Below are positions 7,475 through 17,238 of a stretch of 32,162 nt of DNA, in pieces. Origin of the DNA: Candidatus Micrarchaeia archaeon (GTDB taxonomy: Archaea; Micrarchaeota; Micrarchaeia; Micrarchaeales; CABMGC01); assembly GCA_049976845.1 (NCBI GenBank), contig JBMFHL010000006.1, forward strand, positions 1 to 32,162, in the 5' to 3' direction. How positions within the stretch are numbered: the first letter of the stretch is position 1; the number at the start of each line of letters is the position of its first letter. The notes beneath the pieces were generated by a model that had not been told where the DNA came from, did not search any database, and saw only the letters and a list, made by a program, of their open reading frames with translations. Made by a program: the position numbers and the translations under genes.

Positions 7475-10400
7475 ATGAAGCTTCAGCTTTCACTTGAGTT
7501 CCTAATAGTCTTTTCATTTGTTTTGTTAGTATTCCTCTTCATGTTTGCCCTAATTTCGAACCAAAGGTCATTAGGATTAAGTGATCAGACATTCTCGCAA
7601 TTGCAGCTCCAGGCGCAGAGCATAGCAACAAGTATAGATTCTGCACAGCAGGCAGGCAACGGCTACATAGGCTCGGTTCCTGTGTCAAGCCTGATAGGCA
7701 TAATACCATACAATGTAACAGTCACTAAAAATGGCGTAGTAGTATTGCAAGCCCTGGTAGGTAAGCAGGTCGTAAAAGCAGTTGCATACAGTATGGCAAA
7801 GAATATTGTTTCAAATCCTCAGTATGCGTTGCCTGGCAATGCAAATTCCTATATGTTGCCGATATCTAATGGCTCGATATCGATTCAGAATTCATTTGGC
7901 AACATCTGCGTAGATTATCCATGCGCTTCGCAGGGCAACACTGCTGCTAGCATAAGCCTTTCTAGCCAAGATGTGCATGTGGCGCAGTTCAACGGGCAGA
8001 ACAGCTACATTCAAATTCCCAATGTGCAGCAGCTTCAACTACCAACTGTTACTTTTGGAGGCTGGGTAAACTATAGAGGGCCTACTTCAGGTAATTGGAA
8101 TTGGCTTATGGCAAAGCAATCTGCATACGGAGTAGGTGTTTGCGGTTCCTCTTTAAATGTGTGTTTCTATAATTGGGGTACTGCCACAAACTACCAGTCT
8201 ACATACTCTTTAAATAAAAATACTTGGTACTTTATGCTTGCCGAAGTCTACAACGGAAATGAAATAGCGTATATTAATGGAGATGAAGTTCTATCAGATC
8301 CGCTTAGCATTTCTAGCCAGTCGAGCGTAGGTTGGCAAATAGGATATGGAAATAGTGGTAGCCAATTCCTTAATGGCACAGCTGCAAATATCCAAATCTA
8401 TAACACCTCTCTTTCATCAAGCGAAATCCAAACTCTCTACCAAGAAGGTATAGGAGGTGCACCAATAGACTCGCAGAACCTCGTAGGCTGGTGGCCACTT
8501 AATGGCAATGCAAACGACTACAGCGGCAACGGCAACAACGGCGTTATAAAAGGTCCTTTGCTCTTTACAAGTGTCGCTGAGTTCTTTGCCAAGGTAAGAA
8601 GTGGCACAGGAAAAGTATTAGAAGGAGATTTGGTAAACTTTGCATCTACATATGGAAGCTTTTCAACGCAGCAGTCAAATTTCACAAACAGCAATGGTAC
8701 AGCAACTGCATTTCTAAATCAGCAAGCAACAAACGGCGAGGCGCTTGTTAAGGCAACAGCATTTAACGGCAATTCAACTATTGCGGCAAATATCATTGAC
8801 TGGTGGCCAATGAATCTTGGATCTGGAAACATTGCGTATTCTTCAAATCCTCTTGGAAACGGTTTTATAGAAAATGCATATTGGAATAAGCCAGATTATG
8901 TTTCAAAATTCAATGGGAATTCTTACATAAACCTTCCGCAGAACTCGCTCAATGCAAATTCAGTGCTTACTGCAGTAGCATGGTTCAAGACAACAAGCAC
9001 TGGCGTTGTGCTCTGGAACGGAAACGAGCCACAAATAAGCAGCGCTTCTTGCTACTCTCCAATAATATACATAAATCCGCAAGGCGATCTGGCTGGAGGA
9101 GACTCATCTTCTACAGGCACTCTTGCATTTAATACAAACTACTTTGTTGCAGATGGCAAATGGCATCAGGTTATAATAAATCAGACGGCAACGCAGCAAG
9201 TACTTTTTCTTGATGGAGTAGAAATAGCAACAGCATCATTGACTCCACAGACATGCACGCCCTTCAATTGGACAATAGGCGCAGGAACAACAAGCAGCGG
9301 CATTTCCTATTTCAACGGCTCTATTGCAAATGTGCAGATATACACAAGTTCGCTGAATGCTCCACAAGTTCATCAGCTCTTCAGCGAAGGCATTGCCGGA
9401 TTGCCTATAAGCAGCGCAGGCTTAGTGGCATGGTATCCATTAGATGGAAATGCAAATGATTATAGTGGTAGTGGCAACAACGGCGCAGTATATGGAAATA
9501 TAAATTTTGTCGGCACTCAAGCATCTGCAAACCAGCAAGGTGCCGGAAACTATTCAAGTTTCCTAGCAGGAAGTTTCAATCCGACAGGATCAACAACCAC
9601 AGGCGCCTATATAAATATACCTGGCATAGTCCCAATAAATTATAGCACTTTTTCTTATTTTGCATGGATAAAACCAACAGATGCTGAATCTTATAGCAAG
9701 GTATTAGCCACAAGCGGTGGAGATAGTGGTGCAATAGAAGTTTCTACTGGCGGCTCTACTCAGATAATGATAAACGGCTACAATACTGGTGGCTGGCTTA
9801 GCATAAATTCCTTATTCCCTCTAAATACTTGGAATCTTGTTGGGGCTACATATAATGGAAGTGCTTACACAGTATACCTAAACGGCAAGGAAGTTTGGTC
9901 AAAAACAGTGGGTAAACTGCTGGGATCTGCCGCTACCGGCAATCTGCAAATTGGGCTTACTACTGCATACGGTGTTTCAGGAAATCAGTTTTTTGGCAAC
10001 ATAGCAAATGTTCAGGTTTACCGCTCTGCACTGTCTCCTAATCAAGTGTCTCAAATCTACAGCAGTGGCATAACGGGCTTGCCTATCAGTGCTGCAGGTC
10101 TTGTCGGCTGGTACCCATTGGAAGGAAACGCCAACGACTATAGCGGCAACGGCAACAACGGCATTCCTACAAATGTAATATTCAATGCGCAGCAGGCATC
10201 AAAGCCATCTTTGATTAACTCTTTAAACGGCTATGGCGTAGATTTCAATGGGCAGAACAGCTACATATACAATGCCACAGCAGCGCCGCTGAATCTGCAG
10301 CCAAACTTCACAATAGCTGCGATGGTTTACTTGAATTCTTATGCAGGCTCTCCTGTAATTTACAGTGAAGGCATACCTGCAAACACCCTTTCATTTGGTG

Positions 10401-10801
10401 TAAGTGCCAATGGTAACCTCTATGCATCGGCGTGGAATGCAAAAACAACAAACAACTGGGTAGGTTTTACATCTAATCTCAAAGTGCCGCTCAATACGTG
10501 GACATTTGTGGCATTGCGCCTTCAGAATGGTGGCATAGGCACTGGTGCTGCAACGCTATACACGGATTCGCAGAACCAAACCTTTACGTTGCAGGAGGAG
10601 AACAACTCCGGCGCGCATTATCTGGGGATAGGATTCAATGTTGGCTACCTAGGCGGCCAGGGCTTCCAGGGCCTAAACGGCTCTATTGCAAATGTGCAGA
10701 TATTCAACAAAGCCCTTACGAATGAGCAGATAAACGAGCTGTACAGGAATGCATATCCTCCATATGCAACTTCCGAAGCCTCAATGGGTGTACTTCCATG
10801 A
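7475..10801 (+). CDS. Pilin-like adhesin: class III signal, 4 LamG modules and an Ig-like (Big_1-like) domain
   Basis: MKL|QLSLEFLIV, repeated FNG.NSYI ... ANVQIY ... LV.W[WY]PL.GNANDYSG, and an Ig-like stretch VNFASTYGSF...TNSNGTATA. Confidence 0.88.
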   Translation: MKLQLSLEFLIVFSFVLLVFLFMFALISNQRSLGLSDQTFSQLQLQAQSIATSIDSAQQAGNGYIGSVPVSSLIGIIPYNVTVTKNGVVVLQALVGKQVVKAVAYSMAKNIVSNPQYALPGNANSYMLPISNGSISIQNSFGNICVDYPCASQGNTAASISLSSQDVHVAQFNGQNSYIQIPNVQQLQLPTVTFGGWVNYRGPTSGNWNWLMAKQSAYGVGVCGSSLNVCFYNWGTATNYQSTYSLNKNTWYFMLAEVYNGNEIAYINGDEVLSDPLSISSQSSVGWQIGYGNSGSQFLNGTAANIQIYNTSLSSSEIQTLYQEGIGGAPIDSQNLVGWWPLNGNANDYSGNGNNGVIKGPLLFTSVAEFFAKVRSGTGKVLEGDLVNFASTYGSFSTQQSNFTNSNGTATAFLNQQATNGEALVKATAFNGNSTIAANIIDWWPMNLGSGNIAYSSNPLGNGFIENAYWNKPDYVSKFNGNSYINLPQNSLNANSVLTAVAWFKTTSTGVVLWNGNEPQISSASCYSPIIYINPQGDLAGGDSSSTGTLAFNTNYFVADGKWHQVIINQTATQQVLFLDGVEIATASLTPQTCTPFNWTIGAGTTSSGISYFNGSIANVQIYTSSLNAPQVHQLFSEGIAGLPISSAGLVAWYPLDGNANDYSGSGNNGAVYGNINFVGTQASANQQGAGNYSSFLAGSFNPTGSTTTGAYINIPGIVPINYSTFSYFAWIKPTDAESYSKVLATSGGDSGAIEVSTGGSTQIMINGYNTGGWLSINSLFPLNTWNLVGATYNGSAYTVYLNGKEVWSKTVGKLLGSAATGNLQIGLTTAYGVSGNQFFGNIANVQVYRSALSPNQVSQIYSSGITGLPISAAGLVGWYPLEGNANDYSGNGNNGIPTNVIFNAQQASKPSLINSLNGYGVDFNGQNSYIYNATAAPLNLQPNFTIAAMVYLNSYAGSPVIYSEGIPANTLSFGVSANGNLYASAWNAKTTNNWVGFTSNLKVPLNTWTFVALRLQNGGIGTGAATLYTDSQNQTFTLQEENNSGAHYLGIGFNVGYLGGQGFQGLNGSIANVQIFNKALTNEQINELYRNAYPPYATSEASMGVLP

Positions 10802-11325
10802 AACTGCAGTTTTGGTCTTTCGATGTAATCTTTGCGATGATCATATTCAGCTTCGCGGTAACAATATTAGCATTCGTGTGGTACAGCATAAACAACCAGT
10901 TCTCGCTGTCATATGGATATGGGGTAGCTTCGATGCAGATGCAGGTGCAGAGCCTTGCCGCAAGGCTTTTGACCCCTGGCACACCTGTTGGATGGAGCTC
11001 AATAATAGTTGCTAATAATACAAGCACATGGAACAACATAAGCATAGGTTTGTTGGGAAGCAATGGTGAGCTATCAATGCAGAAGCTAGCTGCATTGGAA
11101 TCGATGTCAAACTACAATTACGAAGCAACAAAGCAAGCAATGGGTATAGGATACGATTATTATATAATAGTCAATTCGCAAGGCATAAATATACCAATAG
11201 GCTCTAGCCCCTACGCAAATAATGCGCTTACAATACAAGTAATAAACGAGCCAATATCAATAAACGGAGCACCTGGCAACATGCAGGTTTTGGTCTGGAC
11301 CAACATGTCTTTTGGCGTGAGCTGA
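10798..11325 (+). CDS. Class III signal-peptide (minor pilin-like) protein
   Basis: MKL|QFWSFDVIFA plus TM helix and TPGTPVGW. ATGA overlap with the upstream gene. Confidence 0.8.
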   Translation: MKLQFWSFDVIFAMIIFSFAVTILAFVWYSINNQFSLSYGYGVASMQMQVQSLAARLLTPGTPVGWSSIIVANNTSTWNNISIGLLGSNGELSMQKLAALESMSNYNYEATKQAMGIGYDYYIIVNSQGINIPIGSSPYANNALTIQVINEPISINGAPGNMQVLVWTNMSFGVS

Positions 11326-13502
11326 TGAAAGGTATTGTATTTACATTGGATTCGATATTCGCATTGATTATAGCAATAGCGAGCATCTCAATAATGCTCT
11401 ACTTCTTCTATACGCCGCAGAGCTCGTATTCCTTCAGGTATTCAGAAGCTTCTTCGGTAATGAACAAGCTGCTGTCTACAAACATGAGCTCGCTAGCAGT
11501 TAGCAGCAAACTTGCAAGCCAGATCATATCTCAATCTGACGCATTCGCATCTGCGTGGCCCCAAGCACGGAAAAGCCCTGCCGGAAATGCCGGCTCTGGC
11601 TATGGCCCAGAATATTCTATGCTTTCATTTGTTTTTGCTGCGTCAAGCAATATACAAACCGGCATAGTTGCAGATTATGGAAACATATACTTCGCATCCG
11701 GGGCTAATGTTTATGCAGTTAATGCAACCACCGGCTCGCAAAGCTGGAGCAAGAATGCCGGATCTGCAGTTACGGAAACCCCTGCATTGTACAATAATAT
11801 GCTAATATACGCAAATGCAACCAATCTGGATGCAGTGAATGCGGCAAACGGCTCAATGGTATGGAGTGCCAATACAGTGGCATTAGCAGGTTACCAGATA
11901 ACTTCTACATCACCTATATTGCTATACAATGGGAAAGTAATTTTCGGGGCATCCGATTATTATGTTTACGCATTTTACGCCAATAATGGCACGCTTGCAT
12001 GGTCAAACTATACTGGCAGTAGCGTGACCTCTATGGCGGGATTATATAGCTCAATAGCTTTTAGAACGACATCCAACAATATCGGCGTAATAGTTCCAGC
12101 AAGCAATGCCGCAAAAACGCTCTTTATCAGGACAATGTCGGCTCAGATAAGCAATGTAGCAGCAATAAACAACACATTCTACTACGGCGCAGGAAGCTCT
12201 GCAAATGCAACTTACATAAGTGGGGCAAAGGGCTTTAGCACAAGTGCAGGTTCTATTGTGCAGGGTGTCGATGCATATAACAAAATCATAATCTATCAAG
12301 GTTTAAGTACAATGCTGGAGACGAATCCTTATGGTGCTGTGCTCTGGAGCTCGTCTTCTTCTTATGGTCCTGCTGTTACAGGCGCAATGCCTGTAATTGG
12401 AGGAGGCTTAGTATACACTGTCTGGTCAGGCAATCTGACTGCGCAGAATGTAACTACAGGAAATATCGCATGGTCATATTCATTGCCGCAGCCGTATACC
12501 TTCTCTTCTAATCTCACCATAGCATATGGAAAATTATTTGCAATAAGTGGGAATAAGGTATTGGCATTCGGCTCCTGCTATGTACCAAAGCAAGCGTCTC
12601 TTTCTAATGCGTCGGTGCTTAATACAGTTGCATCACTTTACATAAACAATGAAACGGGCTGCGCTGATGCATTGGCAAATGCGGTGTCTCCGATGTCCAA
12701 TTACAGCATCTCAGTTTCAGGCAAAGGATTGCCTGCGACAGGTTACATAAAGGGCGCAACATATTTAGGCAATAACAATTACATCTCTATAACAAACTAT
12801 CAATCTCTTGAGACAAATGCTTATTCATGGTCTTTCTGGATGTATCCTTATGCATGGAATACAAACAACGGCATAATAGGCCAGCAAAATCTGAGCGCCG
12901 GATATCCATATATCTATCAGTCCTCCAATCTATCTACAACGTATAGGCTGGTATTCAGCAACAACATGAGCAAATCTGGTTATACGTTGGGCGCAGCAGT
13001 AGGCCTAAATTCATGGTATCACGTAGTAGTGACCTCAAATTACGTAACAGGCATAACATCCTTATACATAAATGGCAAACTAATGCAGCAAAGCAAGAAA
13101 GAACTTCCTCCAATAGCAAGGCAGCATAGCCCATTTTACATAGGATATTTGCCAGGCAGTGCATTCTCATTCAACGGACTTATAGCCGACGTGCAGATTT
13201 ACAACGATACCCTTTCTCCTGCGCAAGCAGCCCAGCTTTACCTGCAGGGTATAGATAGCCCTCCATTGAGCAATGCAAACTTGCTGGCATGGTATCCATC
13301 GGGCTGCGCAAATGACCTCTATGCGCTGAATTACAGCGGATACATAGGCACTTCATGCACGCAGCTACTAAGAAATGGCCCGCTGCCTATTACTTTCTCT
13401 AATGCGCGCGAGATAAGCAGAGTCAGTATACCAATACCCTTGTTCAATTCAATGCTTAATAGAACATACCTATACAATGTAAGTGTTTATTCATGGGGAT
13501 GA
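11325..13502 (+). CDS. Pilin-like protein with PQQ-type beta-propeller and one LamG domain
   Basis: MKG|IVFTLDSIFA. Blade repeats VYAVNATTGSQSW, LDAVNAANGSMVW, VYAFYANNGTLAW, LTAQNVTTGNIAW. LamG WYHVVV...LYING...FNGLIADVQIY. Confidence 0.85.
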   Translation: MKGIVFTLDSIFALIIAIASISIMLYFFYTPQSSYSFRYSEASSVMNKLLSTNMSSLAVSSKLASQIISQSDAFASAWPQARKSPAGNAGSGYGPEYSMLSFVFAASSNIQTGIVADYGNIYFASGANVYAVNATTGSQSWSKNAGSAVTETPALYNNMLIYANATNLDAVNAANGSMVWSANTVALAGYQITSTSPILLYNGKVIFGASDYYVYAFYANNGTLAWSNYTGSSVTSMAGLYSSIAFRTTSNNIGVIVPASNAAKTLFIRTMSAQISNVAAINNTFYYGAGSSANATYISGAKGFSTSAGSIVQGVDAYNKIIIYQGLSTMLETNPYGAVLWSSSSSYGPAVTGAMPVIGGGLVYTVWSGNLTAQNVTTGNIAWSYSLPQPYTFSSNLTIAYGKLFAISGNKVLAFGSCYVPKQASLSNASVLNTVASLYINNETGCADALANAVSPMSNYSISVSGKGLPATGYIKGATYLGNNNYISITNYQSLETNAYSWSFWMYPYAWNTNNGIIGQQNLSAGYPYIYQSSNLSTTYRLVFSNNMSKSGYTLGAAVGLNSWYHVVVTSNYVTGITSLYINGKLMQQSKKELPPIARQHSPFYIGYLPGSAFSFNGLIADVQIYNDTLSPAQAAQLYLQGIDSPPLSNANLLAWYPSGCANDLYALNYSGYIGTSCTQLLRNGPLPITFSNAREISRVSIPIPLFNSMLNRTYLYNVSVYSWG

Positions 13503-16165
13503 AAAATAAAAAGAATAGGAAAGGATTCCTGATGACTATACTTGTAGTAGTAATATTTACGCTAATGTTGGCAGAGCTGTTGATATTCACAATGCTAAAC
13601 ACCAGCTACAACAACATAGAGCAGTCTGCGGCAGCAAGCTCGAGCTCAATAAATTACGCAGCAATGCTAAAGTCGAGCGCAGACGCTTTTGCTAGCGCCT
13701 CCCTCTCAAAGGCTCTGAGCACATTGGAAAGCTATGAGTATAACTCTAGCATGAGAAAGGGCAATTTTATATCAAACACGAGTCTATACCTCAGTACTCT
13801 GATAATAAACGGAACCCTGCCAAATGTACCAGCTAATTCGCTTGCGGCAAATACCCTTCTAGCGTTAATGGGAAATTCCACGCTTAAAGCATATAATGCA
13901 ACAGTATTATCTGATTTGAGGCCGTCGCCAGCTTACCTGAAGATAAGCGAGACAAAGCCAACAGTATTTCAAAGCAATCCATATACAATTTCAGTATCAT
14001 ATACAGAGAATATAAGCATTGGCTCTGCAACAGGGGTATACAACTACAGCATGCCTGTAGTTGCAACTATGCCTTTGAACGGCACAGCAGACCTTTTCTA
14101 TGCGCAGCAGGGCATATACAGGAAAATAAAGTTCTCATCAATAAACAATATGACAAGCATAATTGGCAACGCATATGCCACCTATGGCAACACGAGCGCA
14201 AATGCATTCATATACGGCATCGTATATCAAGTGCCCAGCGGAGTGACATGTACCAGTTTATCAAGCAACATCCCCTCGCAGTTTCAGGCAGCGCCTTTCA
14301 ATTCTTTGCTTATACTTGCGACTCCAAATGCAGCCCAGATAACAAATTCCACATGCACCGCAGCAAACAATTATGGCGGTTTGATAACATACTCAATAAA
14401 CAGCATAAGCAATCCTCCCACAGTGCCGTGGCTCGAATACTCAAGCTCTACAAATATACTGCAAGCCCTGCAAAACGGAGAGCATGTTCTGCTGTATGGG
14501 CCTGGCATGGACACCTTGAATATAGAAGCATTGAGAAATGCAATAGCCAATAATTCATATTTTGCATCCCCCTTCGCACCATCTTATCTAGATAGATCCG
14601 ATGCAAATTTTCTCAGACAATCACAAAATGGCATATTTACATTTTCAAACTTTAACAAAGATGCAGCTACTTTTTCGGGGACCAATTATATCTCTGTGCC
14701 TTCTATAAGTGGCATATCGGGCAGCACTGCCGCATCCATGTCTACTTGGATTAATACAAATTCTCTGGCTAATAATCAAATAGTTCTTTCTGATGACTGG
14801 TCGTCAAGTCAAGTATTGCAGCTCTACATCCATACAGACGGCCAAGTAGAAGCCGATTTTGGTTCTGGGAGCTGGATTGCAGCTGCAGAAACCACTGCAA
14901 ATGTTATTAGTATCAATAAATGGTACAGCATAGTTGCAACGTGGGGCAGTGGCAAAGGGATTAGCATTTATATAAATGGTACATCTGAACCCGTTACATA
15001 TATTGTAGGCTCGGCAACTTCAACAGGGGCATTGGGCTCACCTGCTACTGGAGACATTGCAAGCAACCAGGGAAATAGTGGTAATTTTGTTGGCCAGATA
15101 GTGAATCTGCAAATATATAATCAAGCCATTTCTCCTCAGGAAGCATATAATATTTATGAAGAGGGAGCAGGAGGAATTCCTATTAGCAACATGGGCCTTG
15201 TTGCTTGGTATCCACTAAATGGAAATGCAAATGATTATTCTGGTTTTGGGAACAATGGTGCAGCCACAGCTGTTTCATATCTGCCTCTGCAGAATTATAC
15301 TAGGGATAGCATCTTCCTTATTTCAACTCCACAAACTCATCCAATTCCAGGAATATTGTCGTGCATTAAGGGCCCAACATGTTCAAGCTCTTCTGCATTA
15401 TATCTGAGCGACTTGCCTTTGGAAATGGGTCAAGGATATATGCAAACTGCAGGTTTCAACGGGCAGAACAGCTACATTGAACAAACAAACGGTTTTTCAT
15501 TTATGAATAACGCCAATCAGCAAGCAACAATTTCCATATGGGCAAATCCTTCTTTACCAAATGGAGATATAGTAGATGAACTTGGTCAGAGTAGCATAAA
15601 CAACGGGTGGCATGATACATGGATAGACCTTGCAAATGGCAATATTTATATACGAGTGTGGGACTTGGGGTGTGTTAACCTTGGATCTATACCTCTCCAC
15701 TCTTGGTCTAATATCGCCATGATACTTTCTTATAATGGGGTTTCTCTTAATTACTCGGGATATATAAATGGGGTATACAAAAATTCTGGGAGTGGAAGTA
15801 GAAGTATTCCTGGCGGATCTTCTTCAATGTATTATCCACTTGGCTCTCCTGATGGTACAAACTGTGGTGATGGTGGAGCAGCATTCAACGGTCAAATGGC
15901 AGATTACCAATTCTATAATACCTCTCTATCCTCAAGCCAGATTAAGTCACTTTACCAAGAGGGCATAGGTGGCATGCCATACACTGCAAACCTTGTTGCA
16001 TGGTGGCCACTTAATGGCAATGCAAACGATTATTCTGGTTTTGGAAATAATGGCACGGCTTACAATGTTTTCTACCCATACTTCTCAGGAGCTTACCCTT
16101 ACAACGGGCTTTCTAATATCATGAATGCTGAAAACGAGAGGCAGCTTCTAAACCTTGTTGGATGA
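13499..16165 (+). CDS. Pilin-like protein with an uncharacterised N-terminal domain and 2 LamG modules
   Basis: MKNKKNRKG|FLMTILVVVI and two LamG repeats ending LVAW[YW]PLNGNANDYSGFGNNG. ATGA overlap at 13499-13502 (ORF track start 13493). Confidence 0.85.
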   Translation: MKNKKNRKGFLMTILVVVIFTLMLAELLIFTMLNTSYNNIEQSAAASSSSINYAAMLKSSADAFASASLSKALSTLESYEYNSSMRKGNFISNTSLYLSTLIINGTLPNVPANSLAANTLLALMGNSTLKAYNATVLSDLRPSPAYLKISETKPTVFQSNPYTISVSYTENISIGSATGVYNYSMPVVATMPLNGTADLFYAQQGIYRKIKFSSINNMTSIIGNAYATYGNTSANAFIYGIVYQVPSGVTCTSLSSNIPSQFQAAPFNSLLILATPNAAQITNSTCTAANNYGGLITYSINSISNPPTVPWLEYSSSTNILQALQNGEHVLLYGPGMDTLNIEALRNAIANNSYFASPFAPSYLDRSDANFLRQSQNGIFTFSNFNKDAATFSGTNYISVPSISGISGSTAASMSTWINTNSLANNQIVLSDDWSSSQVLQLYIHTDGQVEADFGSGSWIAAAETTANVISINKWYSIVATWGSGKGISIYINGTSEPVTYIVGSATSTGALGSPATGDIASNQGNSGNFVGQIVNLQIYNQAISPQEAYNIYEEGAGGIPISNMGLVAWYPLNGNANDYSGFGNNGAATAVSYLPLQNYTRDSIFLISTPQTHPIPGILSCIKGPTCSSSSALYLSDLPLEMGQGYMQTAGFNGQNSYIEQTNGFSFMNNANQQATISIWANPSLPNGDIVDELGQSSINNGWHDTWIDLANGNIYIRVWDLGCVNLGSIPLHSWSNIAMILSYNGVSLNYSGYINGVYKNSGSGSRSIPGGSSSMYYPLGSPDGTNCGDGGAAFNGQMADYQFYNTSLSSSQIKSLYQEGIGGMPYTANLVAWWPLNGNANDYSGFGNNGTAYNVFYPYFSGAYPYNGLSNIMNAENERQLLNLVG

Positions 16166-16169
16166 GTAA

Positions 16170-16208
16170 CAGCAAACAGTGCGGTGTGCAATGCTATGCT
16201 GTTTACTG
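16170..16208 (-). terminator. Stem-loop between the convergent adhesin and assembly operons
   Basis: On -: CAGTAAACAG...CTGTTTGCTG, 10 bp with one G-U pair. Confidence 0.4.
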
Positions 16209-16244
16209 ATTATAGCATGCAATAGCAAATAAAACATGCTAATA

Positions 16245-17234
16245 TCAGACGCCGCTTATGCTGTTGAACATTCCTGCTATTACTATGCCTACTATATAGA
16301 AAACTATTAATCCTACTACAAGGAATACTGGCAAGTATCTAAGGCCTTTGATTATTGAGCCAGTGGATATAGCAGAAACTATAAATGCGCCGAATCCAGT
16401 GATAAGAAAAACAGCAGACAATGCAAAGTCATGATACATGCCTATTGTTATCTTTGGTGGACTTGGCCTTAGGAATGACACGCCAGCTGTAGGCAAGCCT
16501 CCAGGATTCTGCTTTAGTATACCTGCCCACACAGTATCTGTTATTGTCATCATCTGCGTTGTCAATGCGTATAATGTTGGAGCTCCAACTATTGCTGCGA
16601 ATGCTATGAAAATTGTATACATGAACAATTGCCCAGAGATCTCCTTCTGTATCATCTGCTGATTCCTTATATCTTTTGCAACCTGATTAAGAAGGTCTGT
16701 CATGCCTCCTCCATACTGTATTGCCTCGACAAGCATTCTTACTGTGTGCTTCAGCTGCAATGATCTGTATCTGTCTGAAAGGAGAAGGAGTGCATTCTGC
16801 AGCGTCTCTCCCGCATACAGCTCCTTATTAACCAATTTGACATCATCGCTGAAATACTTGAATTCTGGCCTTGCGGCAAGCACCATCGCCTTGTCCAGAG
16901 ATATTCCACTCCTGACATTTGCTGCGGTAATCTGCAGGTAATTTGGCAATATTTCTTCTACAAAGTTCTTCCTTTTTTCAATGCTATACTCAAGGAGCAT
17001 GTAAAGTAAAAGCTCGAATATGACTGCACTTCCAATTCCTACCAAAATGGCAATGCCCACAAAATACTTAAATATGAAATATATTGAATATGAAGAGGCT
17101 ATGAGTATAAGCAAGCCGCCAACTATGGCTATGCCGAGGAATCTGTTTACTGTCATCTTTGATCCTGCAAGGTCAAGCTCCCTTGATATGAATACCACAA
17201 CGTTCCTTGCCACTAGTTTCTCGAATGATATCAT
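16245..17234 (-). CDS. Type II secretion F / TadC-like pilus platform membrane protein
   Basis: LPNYLQITAANVRSGISLDKAM, GETLQNAL, GGGMTDLL. Likely start ATG 17234. Confidence 0.9.
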   Translation of the reverse strand: MISFEKLVARNVVVFISRELDLAGSKMTVNRFLGIAIVGGLLILIASSYSIYFIFKYFVGIAILVGIGSAVIFELLLYMLLEYSIEKRKNFVEEILPNYLQITAANVRSGISLDKAMVLAARPEFKYFSDDVKLVNKELYAGETLQNALLLLSDRYRSLQLKHTVRMLVEAIQYGGGMTDLLNQVAKDIRNQQMIQKEISGQLFMYTIFIAFAAIVGAPTLYALTTQMMTITDTVWAGILKQNPGGLPTAGVSFLRPSPPKITIGMYHDFALSAVFLITGFGAFIVSAISTGSIIKGLRYLPVFLVVGLIVFYIVGIVIAGMFNSISGV

Positions 17235-17238
17235 GCCA

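Noticed and set aside
7475..16165. Diversity-generating retroelement acting on the adhesins
   Set aside because: No reverse transcriptase and no ~100-bp TR/VR pair with adenine-specific mismatches. The shared blocks are short and identical.
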